From Thermoplasmata archaeon (lineage in GTDB: Archaea; Thermoplasmatota; Thermoplasmata; Thermoplasmatales; GCA-001856825), in the NCBI GenBank assembly GCA_023256475.1, contig JAGDXP010000022.1:9929-73928 (forward strand): a DNA stretch of 64,000 nucleotides, written 5' to 3'. How positions within the stretch are numbered: position 1 is the stretch's first letter; every line of letters starts with the position of its first letter. Positions 47,432-55,626 of the stretch are shown in pieces. The position numbers and the translations under genes were made by a program. The notes beneath the pieces are model-generated. The model saw nothing but the letters and a program-made list of their open reading frames with translations, did no database searches and was not told the DNA's origin.

Positions 47432-48544
47432 TCATTTTTCAAAACTTCCAATTAGATCAGCAACGTACTTGCCAATAGCCGGTGAAGAAGTTAATCCAGG
47501 TGAATCAATCCCAATCAAATTTATAAAACCAGGGTATCCATTTTGACCCTCTTCCCTTATAATAAAGTCACCGCCCTCTCCATTTGGTAATATAATTTTG
47601 GGTCTTATTCCAGCGAAATCTTCTGAAATTCTGTAGTTCTTTATCGGAGGATAGTATCTGCTCACACTTTCAATAAACTCCTGAGCATTGGAATTTATCT
47701 TATAATCAATGCTATCAATTTCATAGGAGTTAGGACCCAGCCTTGAAACTCCATACACATCAGTGGTTAGGTGTATCCCCAATCCATACTTTTGAGGTGC
47801 AGGATAAATTAGGGTGTTGAAGGGTATCTTACCTTCAATTCTAAAATAATCTCCTTTGAAGTACCGAACTCTGTAGTTTAAACGGTCTATATCAAGTCCC
47901 AAGGACTTGGCAATTTCATGTGCGTAAAGGCCAGCAGCATTGACTACTATTTCTGAGGATATCTCGAATTCACGTCCACCTGATATCCCCTTTATTTTAT
48001 ATTTCCCGTTTTCATATTTAGCCTCCTTGGCATAGGTATTGGGTATAAACGTACCTCCATTATTCAATCCCTCGGAATAGAAGAAATCTGCCAATTCCTT
48101 AGGTTCTATTACTCCAGTGCTAGGTGTGAAGAGTCCCAGATCTCCCTCAAGAGCCGGAATGTATTTACCAAGCTCCTCAGATTCAATTAATCTCATGCCC
48201 TTAACTCCATTCCTTAAACCATTTTGATACAGTTGTTTGATCTTGTTGATCTCGAAATTTCCTCTGGCGACGGTTATCTTACCAGATTTTTGGCAGTTTA
48301 CCCGGCCAGTTTTACAAATCTCATAAAGTAAATTATTTCCCTGAACGCAGAGATTCGCCTTTAAGCTGCCGGGTTTATAATGAATGCCAGAGTGTATCAC
48401 TCCAGAATTTCTGGAGCTCGTTTCAGAGGCTATGTTAGCATTCTTTTCCAAAATGTATACGTTTCGATATCTCTTAGCCAATTCTGAAAAAATAGCTAGG
48501 CCTACGACTCCAGCTCCGATTATGACAATATTATGATTCCCCAT
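47432..48544 (-). CDS. FAD-dependent oxidoreductase, L-2-hydroxyglutarate oxidase (LhgO)/glycerol-3-phosphate dehydrogenase family
   Basis: IVIIGAGVVGLAI. SRNSGVIHSGIHYKPGSLKANLCVQGN aligns with E. coli LhgO [26 protein letters not shown]. Confidence 0.75.
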   Translation of the reverse strand: MGNHNIVIIGAGVVGLAIFSELAKRYRNVYILEKNANIASETSSRNSGVIHSGIHYKPGSLKANLCVQGNNLLYEICKTGRVNCQKSGKITVARGNFEINKIKQLYQNGLRNGVKGMRLIESEELGKYIPALEGDLGLFTPSTGVIEPKELADFFYSEGLNNGGTFIPNTYAKEAKYENGKYKIKGISGGREFEISSEIVVNAAGLYAHEIAKSLGLDIDRLNYRVRYFKGDYFRIEGKIPFNTLIYPAPQKYGLGIHLTTDVYGVSRLGPNSYEIDSIDYKINSNAQEFIESVSRYYPPIKNYRISEDFAGIRPKIILPNGEGGDFIIREEGQNGYPGFINLIGIDSPGLTSSPAIGKYVADLIGSFEK

Positions 48545-48621
48545 ATCCTCTACCTGGAAATAATTCTAGATATCTAATGTTTTTAATAAAATCGTGGAAA
48601 CAATTTTGGGTAAACAAATGA

Positions 48622-49266
48622 TTACAGAACTCTTATCAGATAGAATATAAGGAGGAAATATACCATAAATAATGGCAATAGTAACAGGTCGGAAATGGAA
48701 ATAAATGTCTCCAGAAGCCAAAAGGTACCGAAGGATAGTAGAAGACCTGAAACTGCTACCTTCATTGTGGATTGTTTAACCTTCCTAACCTGGCTTCTAA
48801 GGATGTATGCTGCTACCGTCACAATTATTAACCCCAAGATTGTTCCAAACACAGTGGAAGCATAGCTAATTGGCATAAGAGCTACGAGGACTATGCTAGC
48901 TTCAAATGCTTCAATAGCCCCTACAGTTAATCCCGTATATACGACTCCCTTGCTAAATTCTTCTTTAAAATTTTGATTTCCGTTCTTTTCCCTCTTGTAT
49001 GATTTTCTAGCGCTTCTAACCAATCTAATACCAAAGTACAGAAGCAGGAAAGCAGCCAGCATCCTTATTAATAGAACCGGGAGGTAGGTAATGTAAATTC
49101 CGATTGTAAATGCCAAAATTAAAACCGGAAGCACGCCAAGAGCTATGAATATGAATGACTTTGGGCCATACTCTGCATATAGAGCGATACCAACTGCAGC
49201 AGCCTCAGATATTTCAAGCAATATGATACCCAAAGATGCTAGAAGCACCGGAATCTCAATGATCAC
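48622..49266 (-). CDS. membrane protein with internal two-fold repeat (possible cation transporter)
   Basis: 214 aa with about 6 TM. Each half starts with an acidic intramembrane motif (LLEISEAAAVG; AIEAFEASIVL). GTG start. Confidence 0.6.
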   Translation of the reverse strand: MIIEIPVLLASLGIILLEISEAAAVGIALYAEYGPKSFIFIALGVLPVLILAFTIGIYITYLPVLLIRMLAAFLLLYFGIRLVRSARKSYKREKNGNQNFKEEFSKGVVYTGLTVGAIEAFEASIVLVALMPISYASTVFGTILGLIIVTVAAYILRSQVRKVKQSTMKVAVSGLLLSFGTFWLLETFISISDLLLLPLFMVYFLLIFYLIRVL

Positions 49267-49332
49267 TTGATGTAATCCTCATTAACTATTAATTTTTTAA
49301 GAATTAGGAGAAAAATATGATCATTCTAATCC

Positions 49333-49342
49333 TTTTATATTA
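49333..49342 (+). promoter_or_regulatory. TATA box for the small ORF at 49360
   Basis: The sequence ttttatatta is centred about 22 nt upstream of ATG 49360, which is leaderless-type spacing. Confidence 0.35.
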
Positions 49343-49359
49343 AGAGCGAATTGTGAGAT

Positions 49360-49509
49360 ATGGGATTAGGTAAAAGGGACCTAGAAAGGAAGAGAAAAAG
49401 CCTTGAGAACAAGCTTAGGGAATTAGAGGAGAAGGCTAAGAAGAACCCCTTAAATAAAGAGCTGGAGGAGGAAATTAAGAAAATCAAAAAGAAATTAGAA
49501 GAAGATTAG
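49360..49509 (+). CDS. 49-aa Lys/Glu-rich predicted coiled-coil protein (below the ORF-track cutoff)
   Basis: Hand translation: MGLGKRDLERKRKSLENKLRELEEKAKKNPLNKELEEEIKKIKKKLEED-stop. It has its own TATA box and fills an otherwise empty gap. Confidence 0.4.
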   Translation: MGLGKRDLERKRKSLENKLRELEEKAKKNPLNKELEEEIKKIKKKLEED

Positions 49510-49514
49510 TAAAT

Positions 49515-50081
49515 TTAAATGAAACCCTTGGACTGGGGGTTCACTATTTTTTCCATCATTAAATTAGCTATTATCAAAAGAATTCCCGTTATAACCCCTG
49601 CCAGGATAAGTGCAATTACGCCAAAGACTAGGCTATCTAGTTTATAGGCTGTTGCATAATCACCAGCTTTAGCTCTGCCATAAATTTCTCTGGTTCTGAA
49701 GAAGACCAATATTGATGTTATGAACATAACGATGAAAAGTATAATATAAAATACTGATCCTATGAGTTCCGGTAAGACGTTTACATGGTAAATGGCTGCA
49801 TCTGCCAATATACTCACTATTGAGATTGCAATACCTATCGTCTCAATAAGAAATACAAAAATTGCGATTATGGAGAAGATGAACGCAATAAGCAGTATTG
49901 TGTTAATTGTCTCTCTATCTGATAATCCCAAGCTACTTGAGGCTGTTTGTTGATAACTGGCTTGGGAAGCCTGTGTGTTTTGTGTCTGTGACCAATTATC
50001 GGTAGGAAATTTATAACCACACTTTATGCAAAACACAGCATCATCCTGATTTTGGGTTCCACAATTTGGACAATACTTCAT
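49515..50081 (-). CDS. zinc-ribbon membrane protein
   Basis: N-terminal zinc ribbon CPNCG...CIKCG, then a Gln/Ser-rich linker and 4 TM helices. Confidence 0.65.
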   Translation of the reverse strand: MKYCPNCGTQNQDDAVFCIKCGYKFPTDNWSQTQNTQASQASYQQTASSSLGLSDRETINTILLIAFIFSIIAIFVFLIETIGIAISIVSILADAAIYHVNVLPELIGSVFYIILFIVMFITSILVFFRTREIYGRAKAGDYATAYKLDSLVFGVIALILAGVITGILLIIANLMMEKIVNPQSKGFI

Positions 50082-50247
50082 AAGAAGTTATACTTAACCT
50101 TATATTAAACATTACCAATAAAATTTAATATTAAAATAATGGAGCAGAATCTAATAAATTCAACATCCGGTGTGATTGGATATGAAATGAGATGCTAAGA
50201 ATATAATTATGGTGAGGATCCAAAATAATTTTTTTGTCCTAAAAACA

Positions 50248-50320
50248 TGGGCTCGGCCGGATTTGAACCGGCGACCTTCGCTGTGTGAGAGCGATGTCAT
50301 AACCACTAGACCACGAGCCC
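50248..50320 (-). tRNA. tRNA-Val (anticodon CAC), no intron, CCA not encoded
   Basis: Hand-folded cloverleaf. Acceptor stem GGGCTCG/CGAGCCC. Anticodon stem TCGCT/AGCGA with loop CTCACAC. T arm GCCGG-TTCAAAT-CCGGC. Discriminator A. Confidence 0.9.
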
Positions 50321-50341
50321 TCCATGGGTATTAAGGGGAAT

Positions 50342-50352
50342 CACTTAAACTT
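50342..50352 (-). promoter_or_regulatory. BRE/TATA element of the tRNA-Val gene
   Basis: The minus strand reads aaaagtttaagtga. The TATA centre lies about 27 nt upstream of the mature tRNA 5' end (50320). Confidence 0.45.
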
Positions 50353-50373
50353 TTCATTTCAATGGGAAATTAA

Positions 50374-50381
50374 TTTAAATA
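50374..50381 (+). promoter_or_regulatory. TATA box of queA (leaderless-type spacing)
   Basis: The sequence tttaaata is centred about 23 nt upstream of ATG 50401. Confidence 0.4.
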
Positions 50382-50400
50382 CAAAATTATAAGAGTAATA

Positions 50401-51426
50401 ATGGATGAGCGATCAGTACATAATTCGTACCTGAGGTACAGGTTGGAAAATTACAAATTTGAACTGCCTAAGAATTTGATAAGGCAGGAACCCCCAAAGG
50501 AAAGAACTGAGGGTAGGATGATGAAAGTTTTTGATGACAAAATTGAGCACCTAAGGATTACGGACATATTGAACATTCTGGACAAGGGCGATGTCATTAT
50601 CTTTAATAAAACAAGGGTTAGAAAGGCCAAGATATTTGGAAAGAAAATAACGGGTGGAAATTTAGAAATAACAGTATTGGGAAAGGGTGACGAGGGTTTC
50701 GTATGCTTCATTAGAGGGAAGGTTAAGGATGGGGACAGGATCTTAATAGGCGATAGGGAAGTCAAAGTTAGCAGTACTAATGATGGAAAGAGATTGCTTA
50801 TAGGAAATTTGGATTGGGATTATATCGAATCCATAGGGCATCTCCCCCTCCCACCATATATTAAGAAAAAGGAAGACTTCGAATACTATCAAAATGAAAT
50901 TGGTGAGGTCAGCGGTTCAATTGCCGCACCTACCGCCTCTCTACATTTTTCCAACGAATTGCTAAAAAAGATGAATGATAAGGGTGTTATCATAAAGTAC
51001 ATACTACTCACGGTCGGGTACGGTACATTCAAATCTATAACGCATGAAGACATAAGGTTTCATGTAGTCGATGAAGAAGATATCAGCGTCGATAATGATG
51101 TAATTGAATCCATAGAAAATGCCAATGGGAAAGTGGTCGCAGTAGGAACCACAGTTATGCGGGCGCTGGAGACAGCCGCCTATCCAGGTAAATTGAAACC
51201 GTACTCTGGAGAAACAAGAATTTACATATATCCCGGTTTTAAATTCAATTCCGGAGTAACTCATCTTTTCACAAATTTCCACATACCAGAATCATCATTA
51301 TTATCCCTGGTTTATGCCTTCGGTTGTGAGCGGAGGTTGAAGAGAGCGTATGATGAGGCGATTAAGAATGGGTATTATTTCTATTCTCTGGGTGATGCCA
51401 TGATTATGGACAGAAATTACTGTTGA
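50401..51426 (+). CDS. queA: S-adenosylmethionine:tRNA ribosyltransferase-isomerase (QueA) homologue
   Basis: Collinear with E. coli QueA along its length: FELP..LI...P, GDVIIFNKTRV, GHLPLPPYI, IAAPTASLHF, VAVGTTVMRALE, IYPGFKF, TNFHIPESSLL and YFYSLGDAM. Confidence 0.85.
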   Translation: MDERSVHNSYLRYRLENYKFELPKNLIRQEPPKERTEGRMMKVFDDKIEHLRITDILNILDKGDVIIFNKTRVRKAKIFGKKITGGNLEITVLGKGDEGFVCFIRGKVKDGDRILIGDREVKVSSTNDGKRLLIGNLDWDYIESIGHLPLPPYIKKKEDFEYYQNEIGEVSGSIAAPTASLHFSNELLKKMNDKGVIIKYILLTVGYGTFKSITHEDIRFHVVDEEDISVDNDVIESIENANGKVVAVGTTVMRALETAAYPGKLKPYSGETRIYIYPGFKFNSGVTHLFTNFHIPESSLLSLVYAFGCERRLKRAYDEAIKNGYYFYSLGDAMIMDRNYC

Positions 51427-51491
51427 ATATTAATTTTCTATAACTCAAAGGAAATTTTAATTAAATTATGCATATATGATTGTTTAGCACC

Positions 51492-51860
51492 TCATGCGTT
51501 CTTCTGATTCCCCTTCTGATAGAGCTTATTTATCTCTTCAGAGATTTCCTTAAGCCGTGAGTTTGTCTGATCTATTTGATTTTTTATACTCTTTAATCTC
51601 ATTTCAGTAAGTTCTATATCTTCCTCAAGCTCTTTCTTCAAACCTTCTATGTCATTAACTTTGGTCAATATGGTCCCAACAGCTCTAAAAACTTCCGTAT
51701 TTTCATTTGTACTTGAAAGGTATTCAAGGGTTTTCTTATTTTCTCTAAGCTTGATCTCCAGCTGATACTGTTGATTAACAAGAGACTCCAACTGTTTTTG
51801 AAGTTTGTCTGCTTCTTGAAGTTGATTCTGAATATATGGCCCAAGGTTAACGTCTACCAT
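51492..51860 (-). CDS. pfdB: prefoldin beta subunit
   Basis: 122 aa with two coiled-coil arms flanking a central beta-hairpin region (VFRAVGTILTKV). Confidence 0.8.
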   Translation of the reverse strand: MVDVNLGPYIQNQLQEADKLQKQLESLVNQQYQLEIKLRENKKTLEYLSSTNENTEVFRAVGTILTKVNDIEGLKKELEEDIELTEMRLKSIKNQIDQTNSRLKEISEEINKLYQKGNQKNA

Positions 51861-51930
51861 TGCAAGTTAATAGACTACGCGTTAATAAGTGTAATGCAAA
51901 ATTTATCTTTTAACTTTTTATAGGGAGTCC

Positions 51931-53379
51931 GTGAGATACAATATTAGGAAGGTAGGGAATTGTAAATACGAGGTTCCTCAGGATACATCAAAGGGCATGA
52001 GGGTTCCAGGTGTGATATATGCAAGGGAGGATATGATAAATGATATAATAGAGGATGAGAGCGTACAGCAAGTGATCAACGTAGCCAATCTTCCCGGAAT
52101 TGTAAAGGCTTCCATGGCCATGCCAGACATACATTTGGGATATGGTTTTCCTATTGGAGGTGTGGCTGCATTCGATTGGAATGATGGTGTAATAAGCCCT
52201 GGAGGAGTGGGTTATGATATAAATTGCGGTGTGAGATTAATAAGAACAAATTATTCAGAGAAAGAAATAAAGCCAAAAATTAAGGAATTGGTGGACGCAA
52301 TATTCGATAATGTGCCTTCCGGTGTGGGGCGCGAAGGAAGGTTAAAAATTGAAAAGTCAAAATTAGAAAATGTACTTTCTGAAGGTGTTAAATATGCCAT
52401 TGAACTGGGATATGGTTGGGACAGGGATCTGGAGAACATAGAGGAATCAGGACAGATAAAATTTGCTGACAGAACAAAAGTCTCTAATAAGGCCAGGGAA
52501 AGAGGTTTCCCTCAACTGGGATCACTGGGGGCTGGCAATCACTTCCTGGAGGTTCAGGTTGTGGATAAAATTTATGACCATGAAACTGCAAAGAAATTTG
52601 GGATTGATTTTGAGGGGCAAATAACAGTTATGATCCACACCGGTTCGCGGGGATTTGGCCATCAGGTTGCTACAGACTACATTGAAGTGATGGAACAGGC
52701 CATGAAAAAATACAACCTGACCATACCGGATAGGCAACTTGCATCCGCACCTTTGAGCAGCAAAGAAGCCCATGATTATATAGGTGCCATGGGTGCAGCA
52801 GCCAATTTTGGCTTTACCAATAGGGAAATAATAACTCATTGGGTGAGGGAGAGCTTCCAAAAGGTCATGAGGGAAAATCCGGAGGATGCAGGAATAGATA
52901 TTGTATACGATGTTGCTCATAACATCGCCAAAATTGAAGAGCATATTTATAACGGACAGAGAAAAAAACTTGTGGTACATAGGAAAGGAGCCACAAGAGC
53001 TTTTCCTGCTGGAAGGCCTGAAGTACAGATGAAATACAGGGACACCGGTCATCCTGTAATAATTCCAGGGACTATGGGAACCGCATCTTATGTACTGGTT
53101 GGCACAGAGGGAAGTTTAAATGAAACATTTGGGTCTACATGCCATGGATCTGGAAGGGTTCTATCCAGGAGCAAGGCTGTAAAGATGTATAGTGATCAGT
53201 GGGTACGAAATGAGTTACAGAAGAAGGAAATCTATGTGAGGGCTGCTACAAAATATGTATTGCAGGAGGAAGTTCCCAATGCTTATAAGGACGTGGATAA
53301 AGTGGTTCAGTCGGTGGAGTGTGCAGGATTGTCAAGGATTGTGGCAAGGCTCAGGCCAATTGGTGTAATGAAAGGATAA
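51931..53379 (+). CDS. rtcB: RNA-splicing ligase RtcB (no intein)
   Basis: Motifs MPDIHLGYGFPIGGV, GGVGYDINCG, GAGNHFLE, HTGSRGFGHQ and CHGSGR. GTG start. Confidence 0.9.
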   Translation: MRYNIRKVGNCKYEVPQDTSKGMRVPGVIYAREDMINDIIEDESVQQVINVANLPGIVKASMAMPDIHLGYGFPIGGVAAFDWNDGVISPGGVGYDINCGVRLIRTNYSEKEIKPKIKELVDAIFDNVPSGVGREGRLKIEKSKLENVLSEGVKYAIELGYGWDRDLENIEESGQIKFADRTKVSNKARERGFPQLGSLGAGNHFLEVQVVDKIYDHETAKKFGIDFEGQITVMIHTGSRGFGHQVATDYIEVMEQAMKKYNLTIPDRQLASAPLSSKEAHDYIGAMGAAANFGFTNREIITHWVRESFQKVMRENPEDAGIDIVYDVAHNIAKIEEHIYNGQRKKLVVHRKGATRAFPAGRPEVQMKYRDTGHPVIIPGTMGTASYVLVGTEGSLNETFGSTCHGSGRVLSRSKAVKMYSDQWVRNELQKKEIYVRAATKYVLQEEVPNAYKDVDKVVQSVECAGLSRIVARLRPIGVMKG

Positions 53380-53968
53380 ACATAACCAAATATCCAATAA
53401 AAAGATGAAAAACAAAAGGGATTTTATCGAAATCTTCTTTAGGATTTTTAATGAAACTCCTTTTGTATAAGGGATACGCAATCAACCCACTAAGGCTTCC
53501 AATAAGCACAATAATCAGGACTGGAGGTAGCAACACTGGGTATCCAGTATAATCATATATAAAAGCTGTGGACAGAGCAATGGAATCAACAACTTTAATA
53601 TCCCCCTTACCGAAGCCCTTTACCATATGAATTATGCCTATGAGGAAGAAACTGTATGAAAGTATAATGGTTTGCTGATCATGAGTTAACAGAAGAGCGA
53701 TGGGTGTTATAAAATATAAATACCCCAGATTGAGTGCCCTTATATTCTTCCAGCTCCAAAAAAATTCTAAATAGGTAATAATGAAGAAAATCATTGATAT
53801 ATAGTAGCCATATGCCATGTAGATTATGTTGAGAATCACGTCAAAGACCAACAAGGGAAATATCACTATTTTTCTTTCTCTTAGGTCCTGAATTCCAAGG
53901 AAAGCAAGAACAAAGAGCAATGCTAGGAGAATGATAAAATAAAGTTCTTTGAAATAATAAAGAATCAT
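53351..53968 (-). CDS. A24-family aspartic peptidase (prepilin/preflagellin peptidase-like)
   Basis: Polytopic, 205 aa. The two catalytic-Asp contexts are GIQDLRERKI and GKGDIKV. ATGA overlap with the pyrK stop. The 3' end overlaps rtcB by 29 nt. Confidence 0.65.
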   Translation of the reverse strand: MILYYFKELYFIILLALLFVLAFLGIQDLRERKIVIFPLLVFDVILNIIYMAYGYYISMIFFIITYLEFFWSWKNIRALNLGYLYFITPIALLLTHDQQTIILSYSFFLIGIIHMVKGFGKGDIKVVDSIALSTAFIYDYTGYPVLLPPVLIIVLIGSLSGLIAYPLYKRSFIKNPKEDFDKIPFVFHLFIGYLVMFILSLHQLA

Positions 53969-54702
53969 TTGAGGAAAATCCTCCTCCCGGATTCCGCCCT
54001 CCTCACAGTCCCAAATTCATCCATCATGTCAAGCTGTTCGTGTTCAAAAACAGTTCCATCCTTGCATACTCTGAAACCGTTGATGCTGCAGCTATCGCAT
54101 ATTCCTACTCCACATTTCATGAGCCTTTCAAGGGAATAATATATCTTACCGTATTTTCTTCTATCAATTTTGTCATGGAAGTATTTCATCATGGGTTCGG
54201 GACCGCAGACAAAAACCTCATCATATTCTTTATCTTCCTTTATAAAAAGGTCCACAACATTCCCCTTAAATCCCAAGGTACCATCATCAGTTGAAACAAA
54301 ATTCACAATTTCCCCATATACGATATCTTCAGCAGTTCTCAATCCATAATACACATCACCTGGATGTATCCTTATCAGAGGCAGGAGGCTAGCTATTCCA
54401 GTTCCTCCAGCAACATAGGCAGCCCTGCCCTTTGGCTCCGGAAAGGTATTTCCATATGGACCCCTATAAAATATCCTCTGCCCTTCCCTCATAGTGGAAA
54501 GCTTCCTTGTGGTTTCTCCAATGGCTTTGAATGAGATGGTAATCGGATTCTTGAGATTTGACACCGACATAGGGATTTCCTTTACACCAGGGACCCATAT
54601 CATCAAGAATTGTCCCGGTTTTACTTCAGAATCAATGCTAAAGGACAGCTCGAAGAAATCTTTTCCAATTTTCTTAGCTGAAGCAATCTCGGAGAATTTC
54701 AT
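53965..54702 (-). CDS. pyrK: dihydroorotate dehydrogenase electron-transfer subunit PyrK
   Basis: FAD/NAD fold with a C-terminal [2Fe-2S] motif CGVGICDSC...VCKDG. 4-nt overlap with pyrD. Confidence 0.85.
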   Translation of the reverse strand: MKFSEIASAKKIGKDFFELSFSIDSEVKPGQFLMIWVPGVKEIPMSVSNLKNPITISFKAIGETTRKLSTMREGQRIFYRGPYGNTFPEPKGRAAYVAGGTGIASLLPLIRIHPGDVYYGLRTAEDIVYGEIVNFVSTDDGTLGFKGNVVDLFIKEDKEYDEVFVCGPEPMMKYFHDKIDRRKYGKIYYSLERLMKCGVGICDSCSINGFRVCKDGTVFEHEQLDMMDEFGTVRRAESGRRIFLK

Positions 54703-55595
54703 CTTACCATCAACCCTATAATTTCCTGAAGATTTTCAAAACCTTCCTTTTCTAAATAATTTATGATTCCCTGAGAGATCTCATTGAATATTTGGAAATC
54801 TTTATAGTAAATTGCGGTACCAACCTGTACAGCTTTAGCTCCTAACAGAATGAATTCTATTGCATCTTCGTAAGAAGTTATACCACCAACTCCAATTATT
54901 TCCTTCCCAGTCTCTCTGTAAACATCATAAACCGCCCGAAGAGCTATGGGTTTTATGCCAGGGCCTGAATAGCCTCCGATCCCATTTGTAAGTGAAAATT
55001 TCCTTGCCCATATGTTTACTCCTATGGCCTTTACAGTATTTATTAAAACCAAGGCATCTGCCCCCTCTGCAGCTTTTGCTATATCTACTATGTGCGTTAC
55101 GTTTGGAGTTAACTTTGCCCAGACCTTAAGATTGGTTTTATTCTTGAGCTCTGTAATTATCTCTTCAACCAAATCTGGATCCTCTCCTACCTCTGATCCG
55201 TAACCCTTAACATGAGGGCATGATAGATTCAATTCAACTGTTTTGAATCCCACTTCTTGTACTCTTTTAGCAAGTTCAAGAAATTCTTCAGAATCTTTGC
55301 CGAAAATTGAAACTACTATTTTTTCCTTTAGCTTAGATGTCCTGAATTCATCAATAAAATCATCTATACCTGGATTAGCTAAACCCACTGCATTTATCAT
55401 CCCTGTGGGAAGCTCCGAAATTATGGGTGGCGCGTATCCGGGCCTTTCATCCTTGCCAATGGATTTTGTTACTGCAGCCCCCGCTCCGCTTTTTATTGCC
55501 CTTTCCACTGATTTAAGAGTTTCATCTACTATGCCGCTGGCCAAAAACACAGGGTTATCAAACCTTGTACCTGCAATCACCGTGGATATATCCAT
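54699..55595 (-). CDS. pyrD: dihydroorotate dehydrogenase 1B catalytic subunit PyrD
   Basis: Motifs NAVGLANPG, LNLSCPH and GGITSYEDA. Confidence 0.9.
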   Translation of the reverse strand: MDISTVIAGTRFDNPVFLASGIVDETLKSVERAIKSGAGAAVTKSIGKDERPGYAPPIISELPTGMINAVGLANPGIDDFIDEFRTSKLKEKIVVSIFGKDSEEFLELAKRVQEVGFKTVELNLSCPHVKGYGSEVGEDPDLVEEIITELKNKTNLKVWAKLTPNVTHIVDIAKAAEGADALVLINTVKAIGVNIWARKFSLTNGIGGYSGPGIKPIALRAVYDVYRETGKEIIGVGGITSYEDAIEFILLGAKAVQVGTAIYYKDFQIFNEISQGIINYLEKEGFENLQEIIGLMVR

Positions 55596-55626
55596 TTTGC
55601 ACCTTATCTTCTATTTATTAATTAAT

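Noticed and set aside
52522-53052. 176-codon antisense ORF inside rtcB, plus similar antisense ORFs at 55243-55713, 35951-36400, 58978-59442, 60313-60630, 28925-29191 and 129-416
   Set aside because: All lie entirely within genes whose products carry unambiguous family motifs on the opposite strand. Their translations are Ser/Leu/Pro-rich with no recognisable features.
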